From IMG/VR virus record IMGVR_UViG_3300017646_000009, positions 1 to 31,236 of that record: DNA of 31,236 nt. One strand, given 5' to 3'. The position numbers and the translations under genes were made by a program. Of the stretch, positions 15,836-24,243 are shown piece by piece. Within the stretch, counting starts at the first letter, position 1. Every line of letters begins with the position of its first letter. This DNA comes from a virus. Its lineage: Duplodnaviria > Caudoviricetes. The notes under the pieces were generated by a model. It did not search any database. It saw only the letters and a list, made by a program, of their open reading frames with translations, and was not told the origin of the DNA.

Positions 15836-16381
15836 CTAATCATTGGCACCAGGGTGATTATAGAGGCGTGCCACATTGTAGAGTGCGGCCGCCACCAACG
15901 CGCCGGACAGAAGCGCATACGATAGCAGCCAAAATCCAACACCATCGAAAATGATGTTAAATTCCACCGGGGCAATAGTCGCGAAGGCCAGAGTTATTGT
16001 TTGCAGGGCGATAAAATGCACAAATTTAGCTGCCAGCCCCATGTAGTAGGAGTCGCCCCTTCCACCTTCACTCAATACTCCGAACATTTTGTTCGTCGGG
16101 AACGCGAGCACGATCGCCATTGCTCCAATTGATAAGCCTAGGAGCGCGGGCACGACGAGGGTCGCCATCCCTGGCCATGCAGAGGCGCGGCCAGTGGCGA
16201 GAGCAATCACCGTCAAAAGAATTGCGACATGTGCGGCTGGCGATCGGATTATGGCCCTCCATCCGCCGTATACCGCCCAGTAGTGAGATAAGTCCTCGGA
16301 AAGAGTTCTAATTCCCGCCCAGTCCCGGTACCGCCGAAAGTAGTCTCGCAAGAAAGTTCTGGCCACGGTCCATTTCGACAT
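15836..16381 (-). CDS. Multi-TM membrane protein, partner of the DUF4747-like protein
   Basis: YWAVYGGWRAIIRSP motif then ~4 hydrophobic helices; start uncertain and overlapping the upstream gene. Confidence 0.75.
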   Translation of the reverse strand: MSKWTVARTFLRDYFRRYRDWAGIRTLSEDLSHYWAVYGGWRAIIRSPAAHVAILLTVIALATGRASAWPGMATLVVPALLGLSIGAMAIVLAFPTNKMFGVLSEGGRGDSYYMGLAAKFVHFIALQTITLAFATIAPVEFNIIFDGVGFWLLSYALLSGALVAAALYNVARLYNHPGAND

Positions 16382-17171
16382 TGATCCGCTTAGGACGCGC
16401 AACAGTGGAAATCTCGGTTTTTGTCCCATCTGGGTTCCGCCCTTTGCCAACGACCAAGCCATTTTCGGCGGCCACTTCGGCCATCTCTCGGTAGTCAGCT
16501 GTCACCGTTAATCGCTCAGCCTCATTGGCCCGCTTCATCAGAACTTCAACCTTATGAGCGTGCAACTGATCGAGCTTGCCCCAAACTCTTTGCGCGGCGT
16601 CATCGTCTGCCCCGTCTGGATTGGGCCTGACGACAGATATAAACAGCGTGTCGAGGCGCGGAAGCGCTAATATCCGAGACACGACTGAAGCTTCGGGAAC
16701 CATTGTAATCGACACTTCTGGCCAACCGTCACCAAGCGCCTCCGGCGCAAAAATTATTCGAAAAAGCTTTAGGACCGTTTGTGGAGAGACGGTGCTATCA
16801 AGGTCATTTTTTGCCTCAAAGTAGAGGCGATGGGTTCTGGAATCGAATACGTAATCATAGCCTCGGAAATTTGGCTTCGCGTTGTCCGGGATCACAATTT
16901 GAGCCTTGATCTCAGGATCAAGTTCTTCGCCGCTCTCGATATCGTACCAACGTCCATCCGCGTCGATGTTTGTCCAGATCCGGATGTACCCGCGGTACAG
17001 GTTGGGCCTCCCATCTACTGCGACGGGCGCCGTGATCTTTCCGTAATCACTGCCGCGAAGGGCCGCGATTATTTGGGAAGCTCTAGTGAGCAATCGGGGG
17101 TAAATGCCCTCATCGTGCGGATTGGCGGCAATGTTTATTTGATAGACAGGAACCCGGCGTATTCTTGGCAT
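16308..17171 (-). CDS. DUF4747-like protein (moron)
   Basis: INIAANPH, WYD..SGE, IPDNAKPNFRGYDYVFD..THRLYFE, RPNPD, VAAENG.V.GKG recall DUF4747; GGGGAG SD before ATG 17171; lower GC. Confidence 0.75.
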   Translation of the reverse strand: MPRIRRVPVYQINIAANPHDEGIYPRLLTRASQIIAALRGSDYGKITAPVAVDGRPNLYRGYIRIWTNIDADGRWYDIESGEELDPEIKAQIVIPDNAKPNFRGYDYVFDSRTHRLYFEAKNDLDSTVSPQTVLKLFRIIFAPEALGDGWPEVSITMVPEASVVSRILALPRLDTLFISVVRPNPDGADDDAAQRVWGKLDQLHAHKVEVLMKRANEAERLTVTADYREMAEVAAENGLVVGKGRNPDGTKTEISTVARPKRINVEMDRGQNFLARLLSAVPGLGGN

Positions 17172-17249
17172 ATGCTCCCCCAAAATTAGGGGCATAGAAA
17201 CAACTCTCGCACGGTTTGGCTAGTCAAAGATCGCTACTAGGTTTCCCGA

Positions 17250-17621
17250 CTACCGCATTACCGCGCGGAACGCGTCACGGGCCGGGTTGTCGGTTTCGGG
17301 GATGTCCTGCTCTTTTGAATGGTGGTTGAGGTAGACCGCATCCATTGCTCGGATGGCTTGCCGGAAGGCCTGGGCATCGTCGTCTGGCCATCCTGCGGTG
17401 TACTGATCGAGGCTAGATGATGGGATTGGCCCCATACCCATCCCGATCTGCCTGTCGGTCCCAAGCTCGAAGAATGCTTCGAACCAACTTTCCGCACCTG
17501 GGTAGACCTCAGGTGGATACAGGCTCTCAGGTATCCGCCAGCCTTTTCGTTCGAGGGAGTTGCGGCGCGCGTCGGCAGTGGGGTTATCCAGGAGCCAGCG
17601 CAGCGCCTCGGCTAGTTTTTT
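17250..17621 (-). CDS. Tail assembly chaperone gpT (C-terminal part of frameshifted gpGT)
   Basis: -1 frame after slippery site reads KKLAEALRWLLDNP...FFELGTDRQIGMGMGPIP...AIRAMDAVYL. Confidence 0.85.
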   Translation of the reverse strand, partial: KKLAEALRWLLDNPTADARRNSLERKGWRIPESLYPPEVYPGAESWFEAFFELGTDRQIGMGMGPIPSSSLDQYTAGWPDDDAQAFRQAIRAMDAVYLNHHSKEQDIPETDNPARDAFRAVMR

Positions 17622-18028
17622 GCGATGTCCTCGGCTTTGGCCGCGCGGCTCTCGTCGATCGCGACAATGGCATTGATGATGGCCATGCCGATCCGTCGAG
17701 CCTTGGGCTCCGTCAGGAAGCCGTCGGCGGCCTTCTTGGTATAGGGCAGCGCCTTGCCGCCCGATGCAAAGCCACGCCAGTCGAGCAAGCATTTGTCGAG
17801 GATGACTTCGCGCAGGATGCGCTCCTGCGCCGCTTCGGATAACTGGCCATTAGCGAGCTTGTCGGTGCGTGGTGCCTCGCGACGGAGCTTGTCGTATAGG
17901 GCCTTGGCGTCGGTGGAGGACATGCCCTTGGCGCGGATTTCGACGCCGGGGAAGTCTGCCCCCAACTCAATCCACCTGCCCTGCTCGATGGCCTCGATGT
18001 TCACGAATGCGGTTTCTACGTCAAACAT
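17612..18028 (-). CDS. Tail assembly chaperone gpG
   Basis: Between tail tube and tape measure; LLDWRGF...ALPYT motif; GGAG SD 7 nt before ATG 18028. Confidence 0.85.
   Translation of the reverse strand: MFDVETAFVNIEAIEQGRWIELGADFPGVEIRAKGMSSTDAKALYDKLRREAPRTDKLANGQLSEAAQERILREVILDKCLLDWRGFASGGKALPYTKKAADGFLTEPKARRIGMAIINAIVAIDESRAAKAEDIAKN
17615..17621 (-). promoter_or_regulatory. -1 programmed ribosomal frameshift site A_AAA_AAC
   Basis: GCA AAA AAC TAG at the end of gpG; -1 frame stays open to 17250. Confidence 0.85.
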
Positions 18029-18120
18029 TCTCATTCTCCAGGCTCAACGGGTTCAGTGGGCCGGAAGCGCGTGAACCCTGCGCACCCCCGGCCCTGCCCT
18101 TTCGGGCATTCGGGAATAGG

Positions 18121-18831
18121 CTAGATCGTGATCGCAGGGGCGATAGGTTGGATCGGGAATGTCGAAAGACGGCTCGCCGAAGAGTCCCCGCCCGACTTCA
18201 CACCGAACAGGGCGAAGCCCGCGAACAGGTCCGTTTCGCCAATCGGCACAGCGGTCGCGGTGTGAACGCCGGAGCCGGCACCGGTGGTATCGATGGCGGC
18301 GCCCGCTATTGTTGCCGCGACAGAGAACGCATCGGTGGTGGCATCCACCACGTAATATGTCGTGCCGGCCGTCAGCCCTGTTGGGAGCGCCCCGGTTGTC
18401 GTGAACACCACGGGCGTCCCGTTCGGAAGGCCATGCCCAACCCAGGACACGACGCCAGGCGTTGCGACCGAGATGGTGACCGTCGCGGTTTCCTCGCAAT
18501 CAGCACCCCAAACCGCTCTGAAGGGATACGGTTTGCAAGCACGGCGCGCCGCGGCAAACAAGGCCTGCCCCGGATCGGAGAGGTTCGGCACGAACTGGTT
18601 GCTCATAATCGGAAACGAGATCGTTCCCTTGGCATAGACCGTCGTGTTGCTGTCGATCAGGGTCTGCGTGACCATGGCCTGCTCGGCGCCGAGATCGCCC
18701 GAGGTCTGCCAGCCCAGGATGCGGGTCCACGAGATGCCCGCAAAATCAGCGGCCTCGTATTCGGTCTGATAGGCGATAGGGGCAGAGCCGATATAAAGGG
18801 CGCTGCCAGCGATCTTTTGCAAACCAGCCAT
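18121..18831 (-). CDS. Major tail (tube) protein with inserted beta-domain
   Basis: SALYIG, W..I..W...GDLG, KGT, DPGQ..F.AA motifs; insert TISVATPGVV..HGL..G..V...T.YYV. Confidence 0.85.
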   Translation of the reverse strand: MAGLQKIAGSALYIGSAPIAYQTEYEAADFAGISWTRILGWQTSGDLGAEQAMVTQTLIDSNTTVYAKGTISFPIMSNQFVPNLSDPGQALFAAARRACKPYPFRAVWGADCEETATVTISVATPGVVSWVGHGLPNGTPVVFTTTGALPTGLTAGTTYYVVDATTDAFSVAATIAGAAIDTTGAGSGVHTATAVPIGETDLFAGFALFGVKSGGDSSASRLSTFPIQPIAPAITI

Positions 18832-18847
18832 GGTTGCTTTCTCCATG

Positions 18848-18871
18848 AAAAAAGCGGCCCGATTGGACCGC
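18848..18871 (-). terminator. Intrinsic terminator abutting the tail-tube SD
   Basis: GCGGTCC-AATC-GGGCCGC then TTTTTTCATGGAG. Confidence 0.75.
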
Positions 18872-18901
18872 TTGGGTTGATCCGGTCAGCGCCGGGATGG
18901 G

Positions 18902-19138
18902 TTACGAGCGTTTCGCTCGGGGTTTCTTGACGGGCGGCATGGGCGGATCACCAGCATCGATCTGGATGGCCTCGCCCTGCCCTGCCAACGGTTCGTATTC
19001 GGTGGTCGCCGCCTTGGGCTTGAGCCCGACCATTTCGGCGGCGCCCTTCACCACGTGGCCGGCGGCGGCGGCAATGCGACCTTCAAGGACAGCACTAATC
19101 ACGGCCTCACGCCGATCTTGGCAGGCTTTGCAAACCAT
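18902..19138 (-). CDS. Small hypothetical protein (N-terminal CxxC)
   Basis: AGGAGG SD; in-operon position. Confidence 0.7.
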   Translation of the reverse strand: MVCKACQDRREAVISAVLEGRIAAAAGHVVKGAAEMVGLKPKAATTEYEPLAGQGEAIQIDAGDPPMPPVKKPRAKRS

Positions 19139-19147
19139 CAGGGCCTC

Positions 19148-19591
19148 CTACAGATTGAGGGTTTCGAGCTCGACCAGCACCGGCACATGGAGGTGCGTGT
19201 CGACAAAGACCGGCCCGACGCTCGGCGCCTTCATCACCCGGACCTTGGCGCCCATAAACGTGAGCACCAGGTCAGCGGGAAAGTGAGCGGCCACCTGCCC
19301 CGCCACCTCGATGGCTCTGGCCGATCCCTGAGATACGGTGCCGAACACGTCGATCTGCAACACGCCGGGCCGGCGATGAGGGTCTTTCGATCCGATGAAT
19401 TGGCGCTGCGTCTGGTTCGGCGTCCACGTTACCCGGAGATAGCGCGTGAGCGGATCGGGCGTATAGGTCTGTTTTCCCGCTGGCAGCGGGCCATCGGTCC
19501 ACACGATGGTGAATGTGCTGGCCATTGGGAGGCTGGCAACCCGGGCCCGGATGGCTTCGGATATCTTGGTTTCGATGCTCGGGACTGACAT
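19148..19591 (-). CDS. Tail terminator protein (DUF4128-like)
   Basis: YLRV...PN, GVLQIDVF, A..VAAHF motifs; before tail tube. Confidence 0.8.
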   Translation of the reverse strand: MSVPSIETKISEAIRARVASLPMASTFTIVWTDGPLPAGKQTYTPDPLTRYLRVTWTPNQTQRQFIGSKDPHRRPGVLQIDVFGTVSQGSARAIEVAGQVAAHFPADLVLTFMGAKVRVMKAPSVGPVFVDTHLHVPVLVELETLNL

Positions 19592-19599
19592 GCGATCTC

Positions 19600-20052
19600 C
19601 TACAGTCCGAACGCTGCTTTGACGGTGGCGGCGCGGCGCTCAACGATCTGCTGCCATTTCTGGACAGTGAGTTGGACCCACGGCTTCGGCACAGCCCCCT
19701 TGGCTCCAAGCGCCACTGCCAAACCGTATTTCGCGGTATAGCCTAGGAACAATTGGCCGCCGCCATCCCAGCCGTTGATCACCAGCACCACGGGCGCCTC
19801 ATTCCACTCCGTCTTCTCGCCGGGATTGTCGCGGATCAACTGCGGCATTTCCTGTGTCGATGCGACCAAGGACGCTTTGAGGAACCCAGTGCGGTCATAG
19901 CCAGAAGGCGAGATCGGGGCCTGATAGACCAGACGATCAAGCTCCTCCTGCATTTCCCGCATGAGGTCTTCAGCGGAGCCGCGTAGGACCGCATCTATGG
20001 CCTCTGGCACCTTCTCTGCCCAAGCCGAAATGGTAGCGCTGAAACTAGCCAC
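19600..20052 (-). CDS. Neck/tail-completion protein (HK97 gp10-like)
   Basis: FSATISAW, RTGFLKAS, LGYTAKY, WV..TVQKW..IV motifs; GTG start overlapping upstream stop. Confidence 0.8.
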   Translation of the reverse strand: MASFSATISAWAEKVPEAIDAVLRGSAEDLMREMQEELDRLVYQAPISPSGYDRTGFLKASLVASTQEMPQLIRDNPGEKTEWNEAPVVLVINGWDGGGQLFLGYTAKYGLAVALGAKGAVPKPWVQLTVQKWQQIVERRAATVKAAFGL

Positions 20053-21112
20053 CGACGCGCGCCCGGTATTTGCGCAGGGCCTGGGCGGTGAAATCCACCT
20101 CAATGGTGGGAGGCGGGCATTTGCAGCCCACCAGATGATGCGCCGGCAGGTTCGGATCGTGCGGCCCAGTGCATTGCGTGCCGTCCGGTAGCGTGAACAG
20201 CGCAGAGAAAGGAACCGTCTGCCCCACCATGGCGAGGTGATCGGCGCGCTTCTCCCGCGAGACCGAGCGGCCCCAGGTCTTGGTTACGTCCCCGGCTTCG
20301 AGTTTGCCGGCGTCGATCTGCTGCTGGAATGCGTCTCGTTGCGCCTTGGCCAGCGCGATATTGGTTTCGACCAGGGCGAGATTGTCAGCCCGGAATTTCA
20401 GGGCCCGGTTGGAATAGGCCGTGACGATCCGATCCACTGCATCGGCCGGCACTGAACCGCCTTCGGCCAGCGCACGGCGCACATGGCCATCGAATCGCTT
20501 GTCCCGCAGCGCATAGCCCAGATAGTCGCGCATGGCCTGCGTATCGCCAGCGCGAAGGCCGCCATAGATTTTGTCGAGCGTCTGCACGCTGGATGGGGTT
20601 AGGCCCAGCACCCCACCCTCTCGAAAGCCGGAGCGGCGGTTGACCCGCCCCACCAGCCCCAAGGCCGTCTGGCGAGGGTTCTGGCCGCGTGAGAGGCCGT
20701 CTGTGAGCACCTGACGAGCGACGGTAAGCTGTTCGCCCACCAAATCGTCAACAAGCGCTACCGCGTGCTGCCTGATCGCCTGTTCGGCAGGGAGATTGCG
20801 GACGCCCCACGTAAAATGCACCCTGTTGCCATCAGGCGAGCGAAGCGCCGGCATGGAGCCCACCGTCGCAATGCCACCAGCATTATAGGCAGAGAGGATG
20901 CCCGCCTCGAACCGGGCGAACCGGTCGGCATCGATATTCAACAGCCGCATCGCCGCATCGAGATTGCCGCGCTCGAGCTCGGCAACCAGATCCCGCAGCA
21001 CCACTGCCGAGGTGATGGAGCGGACAGCGTCGAGCCATTCGCGGGCAAGCGTGGCTTCCCATTCTGAGGCGAGGTTGGCCAGAAGTTCGCGGGCACTGAG
21101 GCGCTTGAGCAT
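20045..21112 (-). CDS. Head morphogenesis / minor head protein (MuF/SPP1 gp7-like)
   Basis: C-terminal KTW...R.DH..M.GQ.V....F....GPHDP...H.VGCKC motif. Confidence 0.82.
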   Translation of the reverse strand: MLKRLSARELLANLASEWEATLAREWLDAVRSITSAVVLRDLVAELERGNLDAAMRLLNIDADRFARFEAGILSAYNAGGIATVGSMPALRSPDGNRVHFTWGVRNLPAEQAIRQHAVALVDDLVGEQLTVARQVLTDGLSRGQNPRQTALGLVGRVNRRSGFREGGVLGLTPSSVQTLDKIYGGLRAGDTQAMRDYLGYALRDKRFDGHVRRALAEGGSVPADAVDRIVTAYSNRALKFRADNLALVETNIALAKAQRDAFQQQIDAGKLEAGDVTKTWGRSVSREKRADHLAMVGQTVPFSALFTLPDGTQCTGPHDPNLPAHHLVGCKCPPPTIEVDFTAQALRKYRARVGG

Positions 21113-21138
21113 GGTATTACCACTCCGCGGAGCAGGGC

Positions 21139-21489
21139 ATGGAGAGAGAGTTGGTGAAGATCACGCGGAGCGGCGAGTGCAAAAATTCGCCCAAAAACGG
21201 ATTTGTCGAGGAGTTCGCCATCGACCTGCTTTCTGGTGCGGACCTAACCGACCGCCTGGCCGGCGGGGTGACTTGCGCGGTCCCGCAGTTCAAAAATCTA
21301 AAGGCGATCCACGTTCATCACGCTATCAGCCACGGAAAAGTTGGGGCCGCGAACGGAACCCTCACCACACCCACCGGCGATATGGAATTTTCCTTGATGC
21401 TGGAATTCGTGAACACGAAAGCAAGCCAGATAGCTTCCTGCAAATTCTACACGCTGCGGTCTACCTCCGCACCACGGCGTCATACATGA
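21139..21489 (+). CDS. Antisense moron, NTF2/SnoaL-like small protein
   Basis: ECKNSPKN and ISHGKVGAANG motifs; GGAG SD; convergent 29-nt overlap with the head-closure gene. Confidence 0.6.
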   Translation: MERELVKITRSGECKNSPKNGFVEEFAIDLLSGADLTDRLAGGVTCAVPQFKNLKAIHVHHAISHGKVGAANGTLTTPTGDMEFSLMLEFVNTKASQIASCKFYTLRSTSAPRRHT

Positions 21490-21859
21490 CCGTCACACCG
21501 GCCGGCGCCAGGGTATCGAGCTTGCGGATGGTCCATGCTTCCCCACCGACATAGCTGTCGCCCGAGAAGGCACCATTGAAGATCAGCACGTCGCCGACCG
21601 CCGGCGTGATCGAAAGCCCTTGCAATGACATGAGCGCCTGGCGGTCTCCTGTCAAAATGAGCGATCCGTCAATCCGGCGCTCATCCATCGGCAGGATGGC
21701 CAGTGTTACCGGATAGTCGGTGATGACCTCCTCAGCTTCTTCCCAAGGATTGGCGGGCGGGACGATGACGGTGCGGCGGATGGCGCCCGTTTGGCCGAAT
21801 TCCTCGATCAGTTCAGCCGCGTCAGCCTGGCTTTCGAGATAGTCGAATTTCTCGGCCAC
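21461..21859 (-). CDS. Head closure / head-tail joining protein
   Basis: A.ELIEEFGQ, RIDGSLILTGD, LAPAG..V.YD motifs. Confidence 0.8.
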   Translation of the reverse strand: MAEKFDYLESQADAAELIEEFGQTGAIRRTVIVPPANPWEEAEEVITDYPVTLAILPMDERRIDGSLILTGDRQALMSLQGLSITPAVGDVLIFNGAFSGDSYVGGEAWTIRKLDTLAPAGVTVMYDAVVRR

Positions 21860-21862
21860 GGG

Positions 21863-22300
21863 TCACATCCTCAGAACGGGCACAGACGCCCCGCCAGAGG
21901 CCATTAGCTGCCCCGCAAGCAACTGGTCGATAATCTCGATATCCGGCCGCACCGACGCCGCGCTGGTCGCCTCAGCGTATTCAAGTTCCTTGGCGAGGGG
22001 GCCAACCTGCTTTTTCTCGCGCTTCACCACCTTGGCGGCGACGTAATCGGGTGAGAGGGAGCCGGGCGCCGCCAATTCACGCTGGGCGGCCTCAATGATG
22101 GCGAAACGAACTGGCTCCGGCGCTTGGTCATTGTCCCACTCGGTGGCCCAGCGGCCATTGCCGATGCCGGCGACATAGCGCTGACCACGAATGATCGCTG
22201 CGGCCTTTGCCTCATTGGTGCCGGTCCATGTCTGGCCGGCAGCGACAAGATAGGCATCGGCTTCGGCGGGCGAAACGGCCGGATCGGTATAGCTCAGCAT
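21863..22300 (-). CDS. Head-tail adaptor (DnaT_2-like family)
   Basis: SPAEADAY, A.IIRG..YV, PEPVRFA.IEAA, KKQVGPL..EY motifs; GGAG SD. Confidence 0.78.
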   Translation of the reverse strand: MLSYTDPAVSPAEADAYLVAAGQTWTGTNEAKAAAIIRGQRYVAGIGNGRWATEWDNDQAPEPVRFAIIEAAQRELAAPGSLSPDYVAAKVVKREKKQVGPLAKELEYAEATSAASVRPDIEIIDQLLAGQLMASGGASVPVLRM

Positions 22301-22304
22301 CTGC

Positions 22305-22604
22305 TTACTCCGCCCAATCGTTAGAATAGGTGCCGCACCGCCGGCAAAGCGCGCCATCCGGGGTCAGCCAGAACAGAGTTTCACCGCAATTGCAGCGCCA
22401 GAGAGATGCCGGCGGCACAATCGCATGCTTTGCCGCGCCCCAATGCCGATGGCAGTTCGGGCATTCGAGGTGGTCTTCGTCACCCACCTGCGCCACGCCC
22501 TGCCATTCATGGCCGCAGGCGCCGCACAGACATTCACCGGACCAGTGCGGGCCGTCTGGCTCGTCGTTTGACGGGCGCGGGACCAGCGAGACGATATCAG
22601 CCAT
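22305..22604 (-). CDS. Double zinc-ribbon protein
   Basis: CGAC, CPNC, CNC, CRRC Cys pairs; overlaps upstream stop. Confidence 0.7.
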   Translation of the reverse strand: MADIVSLVPRPSNDEPDGPHWSGECLCGACGHEWQGVAQVGDEDHLECPNCHRHWGAAKHAIVPPASLWRCNCGETLFWLTPDGALCRRCGTYSNDWAE

Positions 22605-22989
22605 TGCGGCTCGCCCGGTCATCGACCGTTGCCTGAATAATGCTCTTGGCGCGCTCGATGGGCGCTTGCTCCCCACTGGCCGTCACAGGACCGCCGGACA
22701 GCTCAGCGGCCAGGGCCAGCAGTTCATCGTCGGTCATGGCTTCCCATGCGTCGGGGATGGGGGTCGGGATGCCATCGGGCGTCACCATGGCGGCTTCGGC
22801 TTCTTCCTCGGTGGCGAAGGGGCCCTTGAGGTTCACCTTGCCCTGCTTGACGTAGAATTTGCCGCCGGGGCCCTTGCCGACCTTGAGCGGGGTTTCGTCG
22901 TCGGTCTGCTTGCCCGCCTCGGTGGGCGATGTAGAATTCAGCGCCTCGGCCTGGAGCCGGCGCATACGATTGAATGATGCGAGCCCCAT
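22597..22989 (-). CDS. Head-module hypothetical protein
   Basis: MGLASFNRMRR N-terminus, C-terminal IPDAWEAM..ELLALA; follows the capsid genes. Confidence 0.75.
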   Translation of the reverse strand: MGLASFNRMRRLQAEALNSTSPTEAGKQTDDETPLKVGKGPGGKFYVKQGKVNLKGPFATEEEAEAAMVTPDGIPTPIPDAWEAMTDDELLALAAELSGGPVTASGEQAPIERAKSIIQATVDDRASRNG

Positions 22990-22991
22990 GG

Positions 22992-23222
22992 TTACGCCCC
23001 CGCCACTGCATCGCCGAGCGCGACCTGAAGCCAGCTCGTGCCATTGGAATACGCCAAACAGGGTGAACCGGTCGCGCCATCGGAGACATGCACCATCTTG
23101 CCGGTGTTCAGCGCTGCGGACGGCAAATCGGTCACGGCAAAGGTGGGAAGCACTTCGGCCTGGTCAAACGCCTTCTGGAGCGAACGCGAGCCGATCTGGC
23201 CGCGCTTGATCTTGGGAGCCAT
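22992..23222 (-). CDS. Putative head decoration / capsid-fibre small protein
   Basis: GGAGGG SD; LPSA..NTGKMVHVSDG..LAYSNGTSW. Confidence 0.7.
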   Translation of the reverse strand: MAPKIKRGQIGSRSLQKAFDQAEVLPTFAVTDLPSAALNTGKMVHVSDGATGSPCLAYSNGTSWLQVALGDAVAGA

Positions 23223-23280
23223 GTGGCCCTCCTATCGCTTGAATGTGGGGGTGGGCGGGACCGAAGCCCCACCCGATCGA

Positions 23281-24243
23281 TCAGGGAGCAGCGACGTTGC
23301 GGTGCTTGAACTGCACGATGCGCACGTTCTTCGACTCGTAAACGCGCTCCCAGTTCGTGCCGACCGCGACTTCGGTGTTGGTCGGAGACACGCCCGCCGC
23401 GGTGCCCTTCCACTTCACGCCACGAGGGTGCAGCACGAAATGCCGCCGGTTGATGAGGATGTCTTCGCCCTGGAGGCTGTCGCGGTCGGTCTCGGTGGGC
23501 ACGGGGGCATTGCCCTCGCCCAGGCCGATGGCACCTGTGCCGAACAGGTACGAGGTGTAGACCCCGCTCGCGACCGGCATGCTATCGTCCACCACCACGC
23601 GCTTGCCCATATAGAAGGGAATGGTGAGCTCGCCATCAGCGTCGGGGCGGAAGTCAATCAGCCCCTGCTTGACCAGCGTGGCGACGGTGTTGGAGTGCAT
23701 GGCAAAGCCGGTCAGGCCACCGGCCGCATCACCGAGCTTGTAAACCGCATCCACCACGGCATCACCGCTGATGACCGCGGCATCACCGGTGCCGGCGCTG
23801 ATGTCATGGACGTTGCTGGACATCGTCGAAGCCAGGAACACGCCCTTGAGCGAAGCAATCGTGAGGTCCTGCCAGCGGCGAGCCCAGTAGGCCGCCACCA
23901 GATCACCGATAGCAGCCATCGGGTCATCGCCAGACAGGGCCTTGGCCAAATCGTTGACACCCCACGCCTTGCCGCGAGCATGCAGCGCGGCCACGTCCTG
24001 CGAGGCGCTGATCTTGTTGACGGTCAGCGCAGAGCTGTCCGACAGCACTTCATCGTCGCCGGTCAGATCCTGCCAAAACGGCATGGCAATGGTCGTGCCG
24101 CCCTTGCTCCCGAGGATATCGAGGCCGGGAACGGTCTGGATGATGCCGGACTGGTAGAATGCCGAAAGAGCGGCGGTGCGCTCGATGACGTAGGGGTTGA
24201 AGACCTCAGGGACGATAACGTCCGAGATTTTGGTAGCAGCCAT
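23281..24243 (-). CDS. Major capsid protein
   Basis: TKISDVIVPEVFNPYV, MPFW.DL, RGKAW...DLA..LSG.DPM.AI, YMGKRVVVDD, RRHFVLHPRG motifs; AGGAG SD. Confidence 0.93.
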   Translation of the reverse strand: MAATKISDVIVPEVFNPYVIERTAALSAFYQSGIIQTVPGLDILGSKGGTTIAMPFWQDLTGDDEVLSDSSALTVNKISASQDVAALHARGKAWGVNDLAKALSGDDPMAAIGDLVAAYWARRWQDLTIASLKGVFLASTMSSNVHDISAGTGDAAVISGDAVVDAVYKLGDAAGGLTGFAMHSNTVATLVKQGLIDFRPDADGELTIPFYMGKRVVVDDSMPVASGVYTSYLFGTGAIGLGEGNAPVPTETDRDSLQGEDILINRRHFVLHPRGVKWKGTAAGVSPTNTEVAVGTNWERVYESKNVRIVQFKHRNVAAP

